Under the pieces are notes generated by a model that searched no databases, had not been told where the DNA came from, and saw nothing but the letters and a program-made list of their open reading frames with translations. Made by a program: the position numbers and the translations under genes. 64,000 bases of DNA from Eledone cirrhosa (taxonomy: Eukaryota): assembly GCA_964016885.1 (NCBI GenBank), contig OZ024743.1, positions 9,362,001-9,426,000 on the forward strand, written 5' to 3'. Of the stretch, positions 11,775 to 25,907 are shown in pieces; position 1 is the stretch's first letter; every line of letters starts with the position of its first letter.

Positions 11775-13602
11775 ATGGATGCCATTTCCACCTCGCACAC
11801 TGTCGTGAGTGCCACGCCCACTAAGAAAAGTGGTGGAGGGAAGGTAGGAGTACAAAGCTTGCAGCCTTCCCCCCTCGCATTATCGAAAAACGTTGAAAAT
11901 ATTGAAACCACGAAACCAAACCCGGTAAATAATACCAGCACCAACAACAAGAACAATGACAATAACACCACAACCAACAACTGCAACAATAGCAACACCA
12001 AGGAAAACATGAACAATATTACCAACAGTGACAACAACAGCAGCAACAAAAAAGACAACAACACCAAAAAACATTCGCACAGACTGTAAAAAAAAAACGA
12101 ACTATACACGCCAATAGACATAACAAATGCTAAACAACTACTACAAGACGCAAAACAATTCGTGACTTTTGGCGAAAACGGTGCTTTTAGCATCAATTCT
12201 CCACAGGAATTACGTAGAGAGGCTGTCCTGAAAACCACAGTTTTCAGGACAATATCGAAACGAAACAAGAAAACCAGCTCAATTATCACAAAATGAAATT
12301 GAACTGGTTCTAAAAGATGCAATGAAGGACTTAACCTTCATACGAAAAGGTAAACTGTTTGGTAGCATTTCGGTGCTAATGAACAATCAGTCAACAGCAC
12401 AAAAGTACTCGGTATCACCCGTTATGTCCCCCCGCTTCACCTTTTTTCTCACATACAGGGGAAAAAGGACACAAAGAATAAAAATAATGAGTATCACACT
12501 GAATGTAAATATTTGGTGGATACTATGTGGAATCATTGACTTTGATGAAGACAAGGTAATTTCAATAGGAAAGTCCTCCGGTGTATTTGGTGGGACCAAC
12601 GTAGAAGTTCTGGTGCAAATGAGCCCTAACGAATATTGAATATCCCACAACGCGTGCCTCTGGACGGGCTAACTTATATAAACATTTCAGTGGAGGGAAG
12701 GCGGCCGTCATGTTACCACTGCTTAAGCAGGGGTCACCTGAGGGCTGCCTGTCCTCAATTAACGAGTAAAAAAAAAAGGCTCTTCTGCCAATCCCGAACA
12801 CAACAACACAACCACCACCACCACCACCACCACAACAACAACAGCAACAACAACAACAACAACAACCACAACAACACGGAAAAATAACAACACAAAACAC
12901 TGTTCCACCCAACCCCTCCCCACCTAAAACAAATACAAAAGTAACCACAACAAAACCCCAAAATATACCCCTCCCCAACAACACGGAAGAGGACTCCGTA
13001 TCAACGTCAACCAGTGACGACGAGGGAGAATACTTTCAACAGGTGAAAAGGAAAAAAAAAGGCACCACATTAACAAAAATGCTACAAACACACAACCACC
13101 AGCACAACCAGAACAAACATCACAAACAAAAAAAACCACCCCTCCCCAAAACATAACACATACTACAAAACGCAAACACGCACAAGAACAACAAACGAAA
13201 ACAAACACAACACAACAAAAACTCTATACATACATTAACAAGAACAATAAAACGTTGATGAAAGCAGTAGAAAATAACCCTTCGGTGGAAACCGAAGGGA
13301 TCACTTTCACCTAAGCAGCAAACAAACCGCACCTAATGATGATTAGGGTCCCAACGGAAACCTATGTAACTTTGAAAAAGAACCATCCAATGCATGTGGG
13401 GACCAACTGCACCAAACCACTTAACCACGTCCTATTGAGATGTTTCCCCACCCCCACACCAGACACCCACACCCCACCAAACACGCTATTCCCACCACAC
13501 ACTGATGTCCTCACCCCACCACAAACCACCACCCCACCAAACAACCCTTCCAACACCCCCATGGAAATTGTGCAGCCTGGTCCCCAGGAGACGAAGAGGT
13601 AA
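11775..13602 (+). pseudogene. Tx1-type ORF1 (gag-like, CCHC zinc knuckle), frameshifted
   Basis: Fragments VFRTISKR, MKDLTFIRKGKLFGSISVLM, INISVEGRRPSCYHCLSRGHLRAACP, ending MEIVQPGPQETKR*. Homologous to 39754-41481. Confidence 0.8.
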
Positions 13603-13644
13603 GTAATTTCCTTTCCTCTTCCTTTTTACCTCTTCAGCACCAAC

Positions 13645-16600
13645 ATGGCCAATATAAGAGTTGGATGTGTGAATGCACGCGGCCTGGGGATGTCCTGGAA
13701 ACAGGGCAAACTCTTAAATGACCTCAGGTCGCACAGAGTGGATGTAATGGTTATTTGCGAGTCCAGGATCAGCAGCGAGCGCCAACAGGCTCCCATCTTC
13801 GACTACTTTGAGATATACGCATCTCTCTGTCAGCCGAGGGGTGGGGGCGGGGTTGTCGTTCTGCTGCGAAAATACCTGGGTCTTGCCACACAGAAGGTAC
13901 ACCTGGACCCGGAGGGTCGACTGGTGGTTTTAGACGTCGGCAGTGGTGAAGGTAGAGCTTTCAGGTTGGTGGCAGCGTATGCCCCATCTGGGACACCGCG
14001 ACCGGACTTCTTCCGACGCCTGGAGAATTTCTTGGGAACGTCTCGCTCCTTGCTTTTAGTGGGGGACTGGAATGGTATCCTGGATGCACGTTGGGACTAT
14101 GTAGGGGCATGTCCCGATAGAGGGGGGTGTAACAGCCTCAAACGATTAATCGGCCGATTTGATCTGGCCGATAGATATCGACTAGATTTTCCAACTGTGC
14201 CACTGCGGACGTGGACTAATCGCAGTGGAACATCTAGGTCGTACCTAGATAGGTTCCTAGTTATAAATAAGGATAGGGACATATTAAGCTGTCCACGAAT
14301 GTTCATGGTTGACTATTCGGATCAAAAATTGGTGACCGGAGCGGTCAACCTTGATAGAACTCATATACATGGACCCGGTTACTGGAAGCTAAACTTGTCT
14401 TTACCGACAAACAAAGCTTACAGTAAGCGGATTAGCACACTAGTTAAGCAGCGTTTGACGGGGGCAATTGTCAACAGCAGGTGGTGAGAAATTACAATAG
14501 AATCGATAGGTTTTAGTCGGGAATTAGCATCAGATAGGAATAGAACTGAAAGGGAATTAACAAATAGAGTAGAAGAGGCGATTAAGAGTGGAAACGTGGC
14601 CGGCGTGCTAGCGTCAAGAACGGCCCTAGACCAGCTCTTTGATGCGAAGCACGAGGGCTGCGTTGTCAGGAGTAAAATACGTGCTCTAGGTAACGAGGGA
14701 GCCAAAGCTGTTAGCTGGGCCTGAGTGACAGAGGCAAAAAGTGGAAACAAGTCCACGATTCGGTCTTTGAAGGACCAGGATGGACGCGTGATCCTTGAAC
14801 CTGAGCGGATGAGCGCGGCCTTTCAACGACGCTTTGCACGACTGTTCGGAGGGGCGGCGGGCCGGGTGGGGCCATGGATTTCGGTCCATACCTCGACGGT
14901 CTGGCGCGGCTCTCGGACGGGGAGGCGAAGTCCTGCGAAAGGCCGATTTCAGCCGCTGAAATAGGGGAAGCGCTGAGCCAATGCGGCAAACGCAAATCTC
15001 CGGGTCTCGATGGTCTACCATACGAACTTTATGTAGCGATGCCGGGCTTGTTCTCCGGTCTCCTCGAGGCGGTCTACTGCAACTGGCAACAGAACCGGAG
15101 AATTCCCAGTTCTGTGACCAAAGGCGTAGTCACGCTGGTGAGGAAGGACGAGAACAAGGGGGATGACATAGATAACTTCAGGCCCATAACTTTGCTAAAC
15201 ACAGAGTTAAAGCTTTTGGCCAAGGTGTTAGCGAAGAGGTTGGCGCTTGTCGTCGGGAACCTGGTGGAAGAAGCGCAGACATGTGCTATCCCGTCCAGGT
15301 CCATACACGACAACCTCCACCTCATGCGATACATCGTAGAGAGGGTAGGGAACGAACCCGGCTTTGGTGGGGCCCTGATCAACTTGGATCAATCTAAGGC
15401 GTTCGATAGGGTTGACCATCGGTACCTGGATGCGGTGCTCGCGGCGGCAGGCTTCGGACCCGTTTTCAGGGGCTGGATTTCTGCAACGCACAGCAGCAAC
15501 ACCTGCTCGAGGGTCATGGTGAACGGCTACCTCTCAGAGCCGTTCCAAATCACGCGATCCATCCGACAGGGATGCCCTCTCTCCTCCCTCCTGTATGTGT
15601 TGGCTCTCGAGCCACTACTGCGGAAGCTGGAGCTGTTGCAGGGCATCCCCTTGGAACCGGGATTGCGGAAAGCGGTGTCGGCCTACGCCGATGACGTGAC
15701 AGTAAAGGTGTCGTGCGCCTCGGAAATCGGGCAGATCGGCACCTTACTGGAGGAATATGAAAGGTTCACAGGAGCCAAGCTGAACCGGGACAAGTCCGTC
15801 GGTTTGCAACTCGGGACGTGGAGGGGCAAAACGATGCCCTCCGACGGCCTCGTCGGACGCTGGACGGAGGGACCGGTGAAGCTGCTCGGGGTCTGGTTCG
15901 GACCAGACCTCCAGGTGGAGAAAAACTGGGACGAGGTAACGGGCAAGGTGTTTGCACTCGCCCAGAAGTGGGCCGAGTGCAAACTATCCCTGAAAGGTCG
16001 AGCGGAGGTGGCTAACGCTTATATAGCGTCCGTCATCTACTACCGCTTGACCGTCGTGCCTTGCCCGGAGAAAACACTCGCCAAAATAGAGCGCGCGCTC
16101 TTCCGATTTCTTTGGAAGAAGCGGGCTCCTTTGGTGAGAAGATCCATCTGCTGTCAACACCGTTCGAACGGAGGGCTGGGGATGCCGTGGCTGACGATGC
16201 GTAGACACGCATTAAGGCTACGGCACCTCCAGGTATTCCTCACCGGTCAGCCGGTGTGGGCCCTGTTTGTGAGGCGAGCCTTTCCGAGACTAGTATCACT
16301 CACCGAGCTGCAATCCTGGGCCAAGCAAATACCGAGAAAAGTGGGCGACTGGCACATTGAATGTGCCCAGGCACTCACGGCCCTCTGGCAAGCGGATCCG
16401 GCAATCAGTGGAGACTCAACCTCAACATTCTATAGAGGGTTGGTGCGCAGTAAGTGCGACGACGCTCTCGCAGAGGCTCTGGGCATGGTGGAAGATGAGC
16501 TGGCCAGTCTGTTCGGTAGGACGTTTGGCCCGGGACCGATGGACAACTTCTAAAAGTCCCTGGCTTGGCAATATTACCGAGGAGCTCTACCCGTTCGGTA

Positions 16601-17066
16601 CAAGCTCTACAGACACGGGCGCCCGAGTAGGGACTCCTCGAAGAAGATCTGTCCGAGATGCGTGCGTGACGAGGAAACCGCCGCACACGCATTCGTATAC
16701 TTCCCGGGCGTTGCTGACCTGTGGGGTTATGTGGAACGACTACTGTCGCGGGTGGGACCAATCCGGTTGACCACCGAGAACATTGTCACGATCAAACCGC
16801 CTCCCCCTTTCAAAAACGAAGGAGAGGCGGTTTTCCTCTGTGTGATAGCTATGGCGAAAGAAGTGGTATGGTGGACAAGGTTGAAAGGGCTGAGGTCAGA
16901 CACCTTTCTCTCCGGCCAAAAACTGGTCTTTTTTTTCAAGTACCACTTTAGAAGAAGGATCAGAATGGAGAGAGAGGTGCTCTACCCCAGCAAGTTTTAT
17001 GAAAGGTGGGTGAAAGTAGCGAGAATGGCCCGAGTGAATGGGCCTTCTCTCTATATCAGCCTGTAG
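13645..17066 (+). pseudogene. Tx1-type ORF2 (APE endonuclease, RT, CCHC), disrupted
   Basis: Motifs GCVNARGL, GDWN, SYLDRF, FRPITLLN, DQSKAFDRV, QGCPLS and YADD. Stops at ~14485, ~14722 and 16551, and a frameshift near 14870. Confidence 0.92.
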
Positions 17067-17624
17067 GTGAGAGAGGAGAAGAATGAGAAGAGGAAGGAAA
17101 CACCCGCTCTTTGTGCTCCTGAAGAGGGGGGTTGCACATTTTTTCGGGGGTGTGTGCGACCCATGTCAACGCCCCTCCCTATTGAGGATATCGATTGTTA
17201 AATTTAATTTGTTATATGTTTTTTTACACGTCTTTTTAAATGTATGTAAACTCCCCCCTTTGTATTTGTCCCAAACTTTGATGCCCTGGTGGCAAATAAA
17301 TAGAAATTTATATCAACAAACAACAATCTCTCTCCTTCTCTAATATCTTATATACAACCACTCTCCTAATCTTTCTCTCTATACCAATTCCCACCAAACT
17401 CTCCCCCTCTCTATATCTATATCCATCTCTCCCATCTGACTCTACATAACATGCACATAAATTGTAGCGCATATAGAAATAGTTGTGTGTTATAGTAGTT
17501 TAGGGAGAACAATATAGTACATATCTATGATAAAGGAACGATTATTAAAAACCAATAAAAACTTATGTGTATTTGCTGAATTATAAGCACCCCTAAGAGA
17601 TAACCTTTCTTTCTTTCGAAGGAG

Positions 17625-17950
17625 GTAAATCCCTAACCTGGGTACAACCTTTTCTCCGCCTCTAACCTTGTTGCTTCCATCGGAAATCCGAGTACTACCA
17701 CCCGCAATGCAGAGGAGAGAAAGATAACTAAATACCGGGGTTTGACCAACCGCTTACTTTTCGTACCGGTCGCTGTCTAGACCTCAGTTGACCTCAGTTA
17801 CTATACTGCCGATTACCTTCGTAAAATTGGAAAAACCGTAGCTCGCCTCAGGAAAGGGGGCCCCCGAGGTGGAATGGCTGTATGGCGGGTGTCGCTGGAC
17901 ATTCTCCACGGGAATACCTTTGTCATTTTATCCGTGGGGTGTAGCTGAAA
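17625..17950 (+). pseudogene. C-terminal RLE fragment of a CRE-like non-LTR retrotransposon
   Basis: By-eye translation TFSASNL...AEERKITKYRGL...FVPVAV*T...YLRKIG...RVSLDILHGNTFVIL matches the AE..K..KY..L..FVP.AVET..RISI.IQRGNA pattern. Confidence 0.6.
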
Positions 17951-19039
17951 CACCTCTTCGACTGTAGTGTAGAGCTTGTTGCTTCCCTCCACTCTCTTTC
18001 TTTTGTCACTTAATTCCCTTTTTCTTACTCTTTTTCTTGTTTACCACCTTTTTTTTTCCTCTTTCCTTATTGCTATGAATATTATAAAGAACATTTTCTG
18101 ATTTTATTCATAAGTGTCATGGCGTTTGATTCGGATTACTCGGTTGAGAATAAATGCTACCATTCTTAATTATTTTCAATAACCAATGGAATTTCCCTAA
18201 AACAAGCCACACTGTATTAAGAAAGGGAGTACATAATGAATAATTCAATCCTATGAAACATTTATATATGAATATAAATGAACATGGTTAGAAGATGTTC
18301 TACCATATGTGTATTCGGTTAGACTACAACTACTCTATAGTGACAAAAGATGCTCAATTACTTATAAAAGAAATGTAAATTATTCACAACACTAATAGCG
18401 CATTCGATATATTTATATAATCAAATATGTTTACATCACAGTGAAACTATTTTTGTTACACACAGATAAACAAGATAAACGTACTTAAAACGGAACACAA
18501 ATAATTATGTTTACAACATAGCTAGATGGAAATATATTTACAACAAAAAATAAATGAATAGTTACATATTTCATAATTACATATTTCAAATGTATAAACA
18601 TATATATTATTTATATACAACTAACATATAGGTAGCCTCGCTGTCGAAGAAAAATATTTTTTCGTTTATATATGTGTTCCTATACACCTCTGTCATGCTT
18701 AAACACTTTCTTAGTGCTACCGCCACTTAAATATGACCAATGAGGCTTGCACTATATGGAAATGACCAATTCCAGTCGATGTTCTCTATTTGCTATATGC
18801 AAATGAGCATCACCAGGAAGTGTTCATCACGCAAAATTCTAAATAGATTATAGTTTAATTCATGCTAGTCAGTTTTGAATGAGTGTCACCAATGCAAGAG
18901 CGTTATCTGGTATTCTCAGAACATACAGGCAAATCTGTAATATATTCACAGAGGAAAATATAGAAAAATAATTTTTTACAAACCTACAGATTCTCACATT
19001 GACTTCTCTTTCCATTCTCTCGTCACGGATCTCCGTACG

Positions 19040-19885
19040 TTCTTGTCCAACTATCTCTCATTCGCGCCCGTACTACCGTCTTCAAACCCCACTCCTGCCC
19101 AACACCCTATCATTTCCCCTTTCTCCCACCTAACATCAGTCGGCTTTACCCCCCACCCCCAGTCCACCGTCGTGAAGTGCGACGTCTTTTACACCGACCA
19201 AACTGGTCACCGTATAGCAGATCGCTTTCCCGTTTTTCGTCTCTTTCGGTCTCTCACATTTTCTTCCCAAAATCTGACCGTGTTTGCAGTCGGTCTTCAT
19301 CGCGTGTCCCTCCGACCAGACAATGATATGAGCAACAATTTATTTTTGTTCAACAAAATCCCAACTGACCTCGATTAAACTCATCACCTCACTTTCACTA
19401 ATTAGCTCACACTATGGACAATTTAGCAGTGGTATCGATTCTTCATCAATACCCCTTTCTCACTTCCATTCTCTCACTTCCTATCCTTCTCTGGAAGAAA
19501 GCTGCGTTCACCTCTGGAGAGGAGATGGACCCCACTAGGTTTTAAAAGAAATGACCTAGAAACGCTGTATGTCAATGCGGCTCCAGTACGACTCCCCCAG
19601 AAGTTACGGATCAATACAGACGTACATCAACACGAACAAGCTATATTTGTCCTCTTTGTCTCTTTATACACATTTAGCTGTATTATGTATCTGCCTGTAC
19701 AGTATCTACTCGTGCTTACTTTCCCTGACTCTTCTTCAACTGACTTGTTTTCCTTTACAACCGCAATGGGTTAGAAACAATTTCCCATACATTGTCATTT
19801 CTCTCCTTGTTTTCATAACATCTGATGAAGGCGATAACCCGAAACGTTATGAACATTTTCCGCCTTGTTTTTCCGTTACTTCGTT
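19040..19885 (+). mobile_element. Decayed Penelope-like element 3' part (GIY-YIG remnant plus HHR)
   Basis: KCDVFYTDQTGHRIADRF resembles C..YIGQTGRRLADRF of PLE endonucleases. An HHR core lies at 19812-19853, followed by (CA)n. Confidence 0.55.
19812..19853 (+). ncRNA. Minimal hammerhead-like motif
   Basis: ttcataacat CTGATGA agg cgataa cc c GAAAC GTT atgaa, with palindromic AACGTT in place of stem III. Confidence 0.55.
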
Positions 19886-19907
19886 CACATACATACATAC
19901 AAGCACA

Positions 19908-20063
<156 letters not shown>

Positions 20064-20210
20064 CATGGACACACTAGAAGAGGGAGACCGAGGTTGACAC
20101 ATGTTGATGCCCTAAGGACAGACACTGGTGTCTTGGAGACGTAGGACATGGCAGTGATGATGAGGGACAGAGACCGCTGGAGAGAACTCTCTGAAATCTT
20201 ACCCGCCCTA
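20064..20210 (+). mobile_element. RTE-type LINE extreme 3' end
   Basis: [22 protein letters not shown]...[11 protein letters not shown] second copy lies at 49425-49610, and both run into (TA)n. Confidence 0.65.
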
Positions 20211-20282
20211 GATATGTATATATATATACTTGTTTACTCTTTTACCTGTTCCAGCCTTCCGGCTGAGGCCATGCTGGGGCAC

Positions 20283-20343
<61 letters not shown>

Positions 20344-20840
20344 ATATATATATATATATATATATACATGTGTGTGTGTATATATATATAGGAGATCAAT
20401 AGGAATGGGTATAACATTCATCGTTACCAAGTGCGTAAAAGCTCAAAGTGTTAATCACTTATGGAAACATTACAACATGTACACTTATATAATCCACCTC
20501 ATACTCCTTTGTTGCTTAAATCACATTGCATAATGCTAAACATTAATGATCTTCGCTGCTTTGCTTCTGTATCTCTCACATTGGCTTTTCAAACTTTCTG
20601 TGGCTTTATTTTTGTAATTTACTTATCACATTCCTTCCTGATAAGTAGGATATTTATTCCCCAAATCTAAAATTTATTTCCTAAGGAGATTCGTGAAATA
20701 TAATTGCAATGTTTTGTTTGATTAAATAATTAATCTGCAAATTGTTATTGATGTTTACAATAACATTTCGATAAATCGAAACGGATGTAGAAATAAATAA
20801 AGCGAATTGAACTATAAAATGTTTGGTTATTCAACTAAAT

Positions 20841-20895
<55 letters not shown>

Positions 20896-20898
<3 letters not shown>

Positions 20899-21310
20899 TA
20901 TGTATACGTACATACATGTATGTATACAGACTTACAGTAGTATGTATATACATACATACATGCACACATATATATATGTATAGGTTTACCGAACATTTAT
21001 TATAATGCTCTGTTTGTTTGTAAACAAACAGCCCGAATTATTAGCCGTACAGTGTCCGGAAACCATCGTTGCCCTTTTGTTCATCACTGACAAAGGAACG
21101 ATTAACTAGTTTCTAGCTTATTAGCTGTCATCAGCACCGTGTACCTTCCTGTCAGTCGATAATTCGGGCTGTTTCTTTACAAACAAACCAAGCATTATAA
21201 TAAATGTTCGGTAAACCTATACGTACATATATATATATGTGTGCATGTATGTATGTATATACATACTACTGTACGTCTGTATACATATATGTATGTACGT
21301 ATACATACTT
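20896..21310. mobile_element. Fold-back element (~145-bp arms) with an HHR in the spacer; family A
   Basis: 20896-21040 is the reverse complement of ~21159-21310. The spacer and left arm are homologous to 49840-50140 in reverse. Confidence 0.8.
21098..21140 (-). ncRNA. Type I hammerhead ribozyme motif (family A)
   Basis: Minus strand acggtg CTGATGA c AGCT aata AGCT a GAAAC ta GTT aatcgt. Confidence 0.7.
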
Positions 21311-21365
21311 AAATTTAAGTATCAGCCGTACTAAAAGTGAGAAATGAAATTTCATTTTTTCTATT

Positions 21366-21575
<210 letters not shown>

Positions 21576-21604
21576 TGTATATATATATATTGAGAGAGAG
21601 AGAG

Positions 21605-21635
<31 letters not shown>

Positions 21636-22675
21636 TGCGTGAAGTGGGAAATACGACACCTCTTATGGTGAGCCTACAAAAATGTTTAATTCATTAAAAT
21701 TACATCCATAGTGAGCCAAAACAATTTAATTAATTACCATTTCACTTGTAGTGATCAGAAAAAATATCATCAACTTCACTGATTAATTCTGGTCAAGTAA
21801 GGTGTGAAAAATAATTAGGAATGATGTTTAGTGCAGGAGTGAGGAATTGAGAGAGACCGATCTATTATATTCTACTGTGTAAATGTAAAAACGAGGAGGG
21901 TCCCATTGGATAAAGCGAAATACCCGAGCAAGGGAATGTGTCGTCATGAAAGCGTTTGATCATAGATCTACTCGATTAATGAAAACCAGATATTAAACAA
22001 TGGAAACCGATGACTAGACAGAAGCGTTATAGCGTCTAATGAATTACTTTTTTGGAAGATATTCCGCTTCATTGTGTTCTCAGTTCAAATTCTGCTTAGG
22101 CCAACTTTGAGTTTTATGTTTTGGGGCTCGTTACATAAATTCTTAGTCACAAGAAGTAATATAACCCCTGCAGCTTGAAAAGATCCGCCTCCCCCATACT
22201 CATATTTAGAGCGGATTAGTGAAGGCGTGTGGCTGATTGGTTACAGACCTGGATTTGCATTGATTACAGAACTGGATTCGGCATCATGAGGTTGTCAGTT
22301 CTATTCCTGGACCGGGTGATGAGTTATGTCCTTGAGCAAGACACTTTATTTTCACGTTACTCCTTCTACCTGGAGTTGCGACCGATAGATAGTATTAACA
22401 ATTGGAAACACAAACGGAAACATTGTTTCTTCGGTCCAATTTGACGAAAGTGGTTGCGAGATATGGATGATTTAAAAGAGATTAGGGTTTCAACATCTGG
22501 GGTGATAGTAACAATAATGGGGTGATGTAATCAACTCGAACCTTAATTTAGAAGTTATGAATTTAATAGGTTGAGGATTGATTGAGTATGGGAGGAGGGG
22601 CACGAAGAACAACTATGGGGACAAAACGTATCTATATAGACACAAACACAATATATATATATACATACATACATG

Positions 22676-22744
<69 letters not shown>

Positions 22745-22862
22745 CTTTGCTAAACACACACACACACACACACACACACTTATCTTTTGACATGCTAAAA
22801 TACCCCCCATTGCTTTCAGACACATTCTTACTGACCATCCCTGCCACCACGAATCACTCTGC

Positions 22863-22973
<111 letters not shown>

Positions 22974-23027
22974 ATCTTAATAGCCATTTGACACACATCG
23001 CTGCTGGCCATTGTCGCAGCATCGAAC

Positions 23028-23081
<54 letters not shown>

Positions 23082-23102
23082 CTATATGTATATATATGTA
23101 TA

Positions 23103-23197
<95 letters not shown>

Positions 23198-23230
23198 ATA
23201 ATATAATATAACGTCAGAATGAGACGAATG

Positions 23231-23273
<43 letters not shown>

Positions 23274-23474
23274 GAAAAGTATAGAAATTGTTGTAGCGAG
23301 AAGCTAACAGTATTCCATAACATATATATATATATATATATATAGTATACTAGGGAGAGGATCAGGGGTGTATAACACTCCACTTATCCAGCAGGCAGTA
23401 TAAGGTTAGCTCGATGTCTGAGGACAGAGCCGTGATATAATAAATAACAAAGAACGCCTATAGCATATGCATAT

Positions 23475-23532
23475 CTTTACTTGCTAACATTGTTTCATCC
23501 GCACTATAAGTGGGACTCATCAGAGCATAAAG
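23475..23532 (-). ncRNA. Type I hammerhead ribozyme (left-arm copy)
   Basis: Reverse complement of 25594-25651. Confidence 0.8.
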
Positions 23533-25593
23533 GTTAATTACATACCACACAAGCAATAACAAATCCAAGACATTGAAGAATGAAAAATAATGAAAGATAA
23601 AGGATATTAAGGAAGTAAAAGTAAAAATAAAAATAAAAGTAAAAATAAAAATAATAAAATAAACAATGAAAAATAATTGAAAAATAATTGAAAAATAAGG
23701 GGTGCTATCAGTCACAGTTGGGCGGGGTGTTGTCAACATATAGTTACATACAAGCATACACATGGATAAGAGAACAGACAAGAGTAGATAAGATAGATAG
23801 GATTAGGTAAGAGTAGGTAAAAAATAGGTGAAAAATAGGTAAAAAATAGACTTATAATATATATAAGAAAATATTAAAAAAATATAAAAAACATGCATAT
23901 AAAATATAAAATATACAGATAATAGTGATACAGGGTAAGGAATGAAATAAAATAATATAAAATTAAAATTAAAATTATATAAAATAGAACATAATACAAT
24001 ATAATCATAAAATAAGATAAAATAAAATAAAATAGACTAAAATAAAATAATATAATATAAGATATAATTAAATATAATTAAATAAATAAATAAAATTAAA
24101 TAAATAAATAAAATTAAAATTAAATAAATAAATAAATAAGTAAATAAATAAATAAATGAAATTAAATAAATAAATGAATAAAATTAAATAAAATGAAATG
24201 AAATAAAATAAAATAAAATAAAGTAAATTGAGATAAGATATATATATTTTTTTTTTTTAGAATATATTTCTTGAATATATCAGGGGCCCACGAAGGCACT
24301 AAGTGTCGCAGTTATCAGTATCACTTGACCATTTTTTTAGAATATATTTCTTGAATATATCAGGGGCCCACGAAGGCACTAAGTGTCACAGTTATCAGTA
24401 TCACTTGACCATTGCAAGGCAATGGAGGCGTCCCAGGTTGGGCAGTCTCAAAAGTTCACTCGAAAGTCACGGGTGTGTATTCACACAGTTGAGCGGTGGG
24501 GTAATCACAAACCGGTTCACACCCGGGCAGGAGTCCAATGGTCAAACAGAGGTACATCGATGTACCTCTGTTTGACCATTGGACTCCTGCCCCGGTGTGA
24601 ACCGGTTTGTGATTACCCCACCGCTCAACTGTGTGAATACACACCCGTGACTTTCGAGTGAACTTTTGAGACTGCCCAACCTGGGACGCCTCCATTGCCT
24701 TGCAATGGTCAAGTGATACTGATAACTGTGACACTTAGTGCCTTCGTGGGCCCCTGATATATTCAAGAAATATATTCTAAAAAAATGGTCAAGTGATACT
24801 GATAACTGCGACACTTAGTGCCTTCGTGGGCCCCTGATATATTCAAGAAATATATTCTAAAAAAAAAAAAAATATATATATATCTTATCTCAATTTACTT
24901 TATTTTATTTTATTTTATTTCATTTCATTTTATTTAATTTTATTCATTTATTTATTTAATTTCATTTATTTATTTATTTACTTATTTATTTATTTATTTA
25001 ATTTTAATTTTATTTATTTATTTAATTTTATTTATTTATTTAATTATATTTAATTATATCTTATATTATATTATTTTATTTTAGTCTATTTTATTTTATT
25101 TTATCTTATTTTATGTTTATATTATATTATGTTCTATTTTATATAATTTTAATTTTAATTTTATATTATTTTATTTCATTCCTTACCCTGTATCACTATT
25201 ATCTGTATATTTTATATTTTATATGCATGTTTTTTATATTTTTTTTATATTTTCTTATATATATTATAAGTCTATTTTTTACCTATTTTCACCTATTTTT
25301 TACCTACTCTTACCTAATCCTATCTATCTTATCTACTCTTGTCTGTTCTCTTATCCATGTGTATGCTTGTATGTAACTATATGTTGACAGCACACCGCCC
25401 AACTGTGACTGATAGCACCCCTTATTTTTCAATTATTTTTCAATTATTTTTCATTCTTTATTTTATTATTTTTATTTTTACTTTTATTTTTATTTTTATT
25501 TTTACTTTTACTTCCTTAATATCCTTTATCTTTCATTATTTTTCATTCTTCAATGTCTTGGATTTGTTATTGCTTGTGTGGTATGTAATTAAC

Positions 25594-25651
25594 CTTTATG
25601 CTCTGATGAGTCCCACTTATAGTGCGGATGAAACAATGTTAGCAAGTAAAG
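25594..25651 (+). ncRNA. Type I hammerhead ribozyme (right-arm copy)
   Basis: cttta TGCT CTGATGA GTCC cac ttata gtg c GGAT GAAAC aat GTT AGCA ag taaag: canonical core, stems I, II and III, predicted cut after 25640 (GUU). Confidence 0.8.
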
Positions 25652-25854
25652 ATATGCATATGCTATAGGCGTTCTTTGCTATTTATTATATCACGGCTCT
25701 GTCCTCAGACATCGAGCTAACCTTATACTGCCTGCTGGATAAGTGGAGTGTTATACACCCCTGATCCTCTCCCTAGTATACTATATATATATATATATAT
25801 ATATATGTTATGGAATACTGTTAGCTTCTCGCTACAACAATTTCTATACTTTTC

Positions 25855-25907
<53 letters not shown>

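Larger units (their letters stand above)
11572..17305 (+). mobile_element. Near full-length L1/Tx1-clade LINE, copy 1 (decayed)
   Basis: 5' UTR, disrupted ORF1 with CCHC knuckle, disrupted APE-RT-zinc-finger ORF2, and 3' terminus atgccctggtggcaaataaatagaaa shared with copies 2 and 3. Confidence 0.9.

Noticed and set aside
24303-24814. Mirror-image ORF pairs at the palindrome centre
   Set aside because: They follow from the symmetry, begin at non-ATG codons and have no recognisable motifs.
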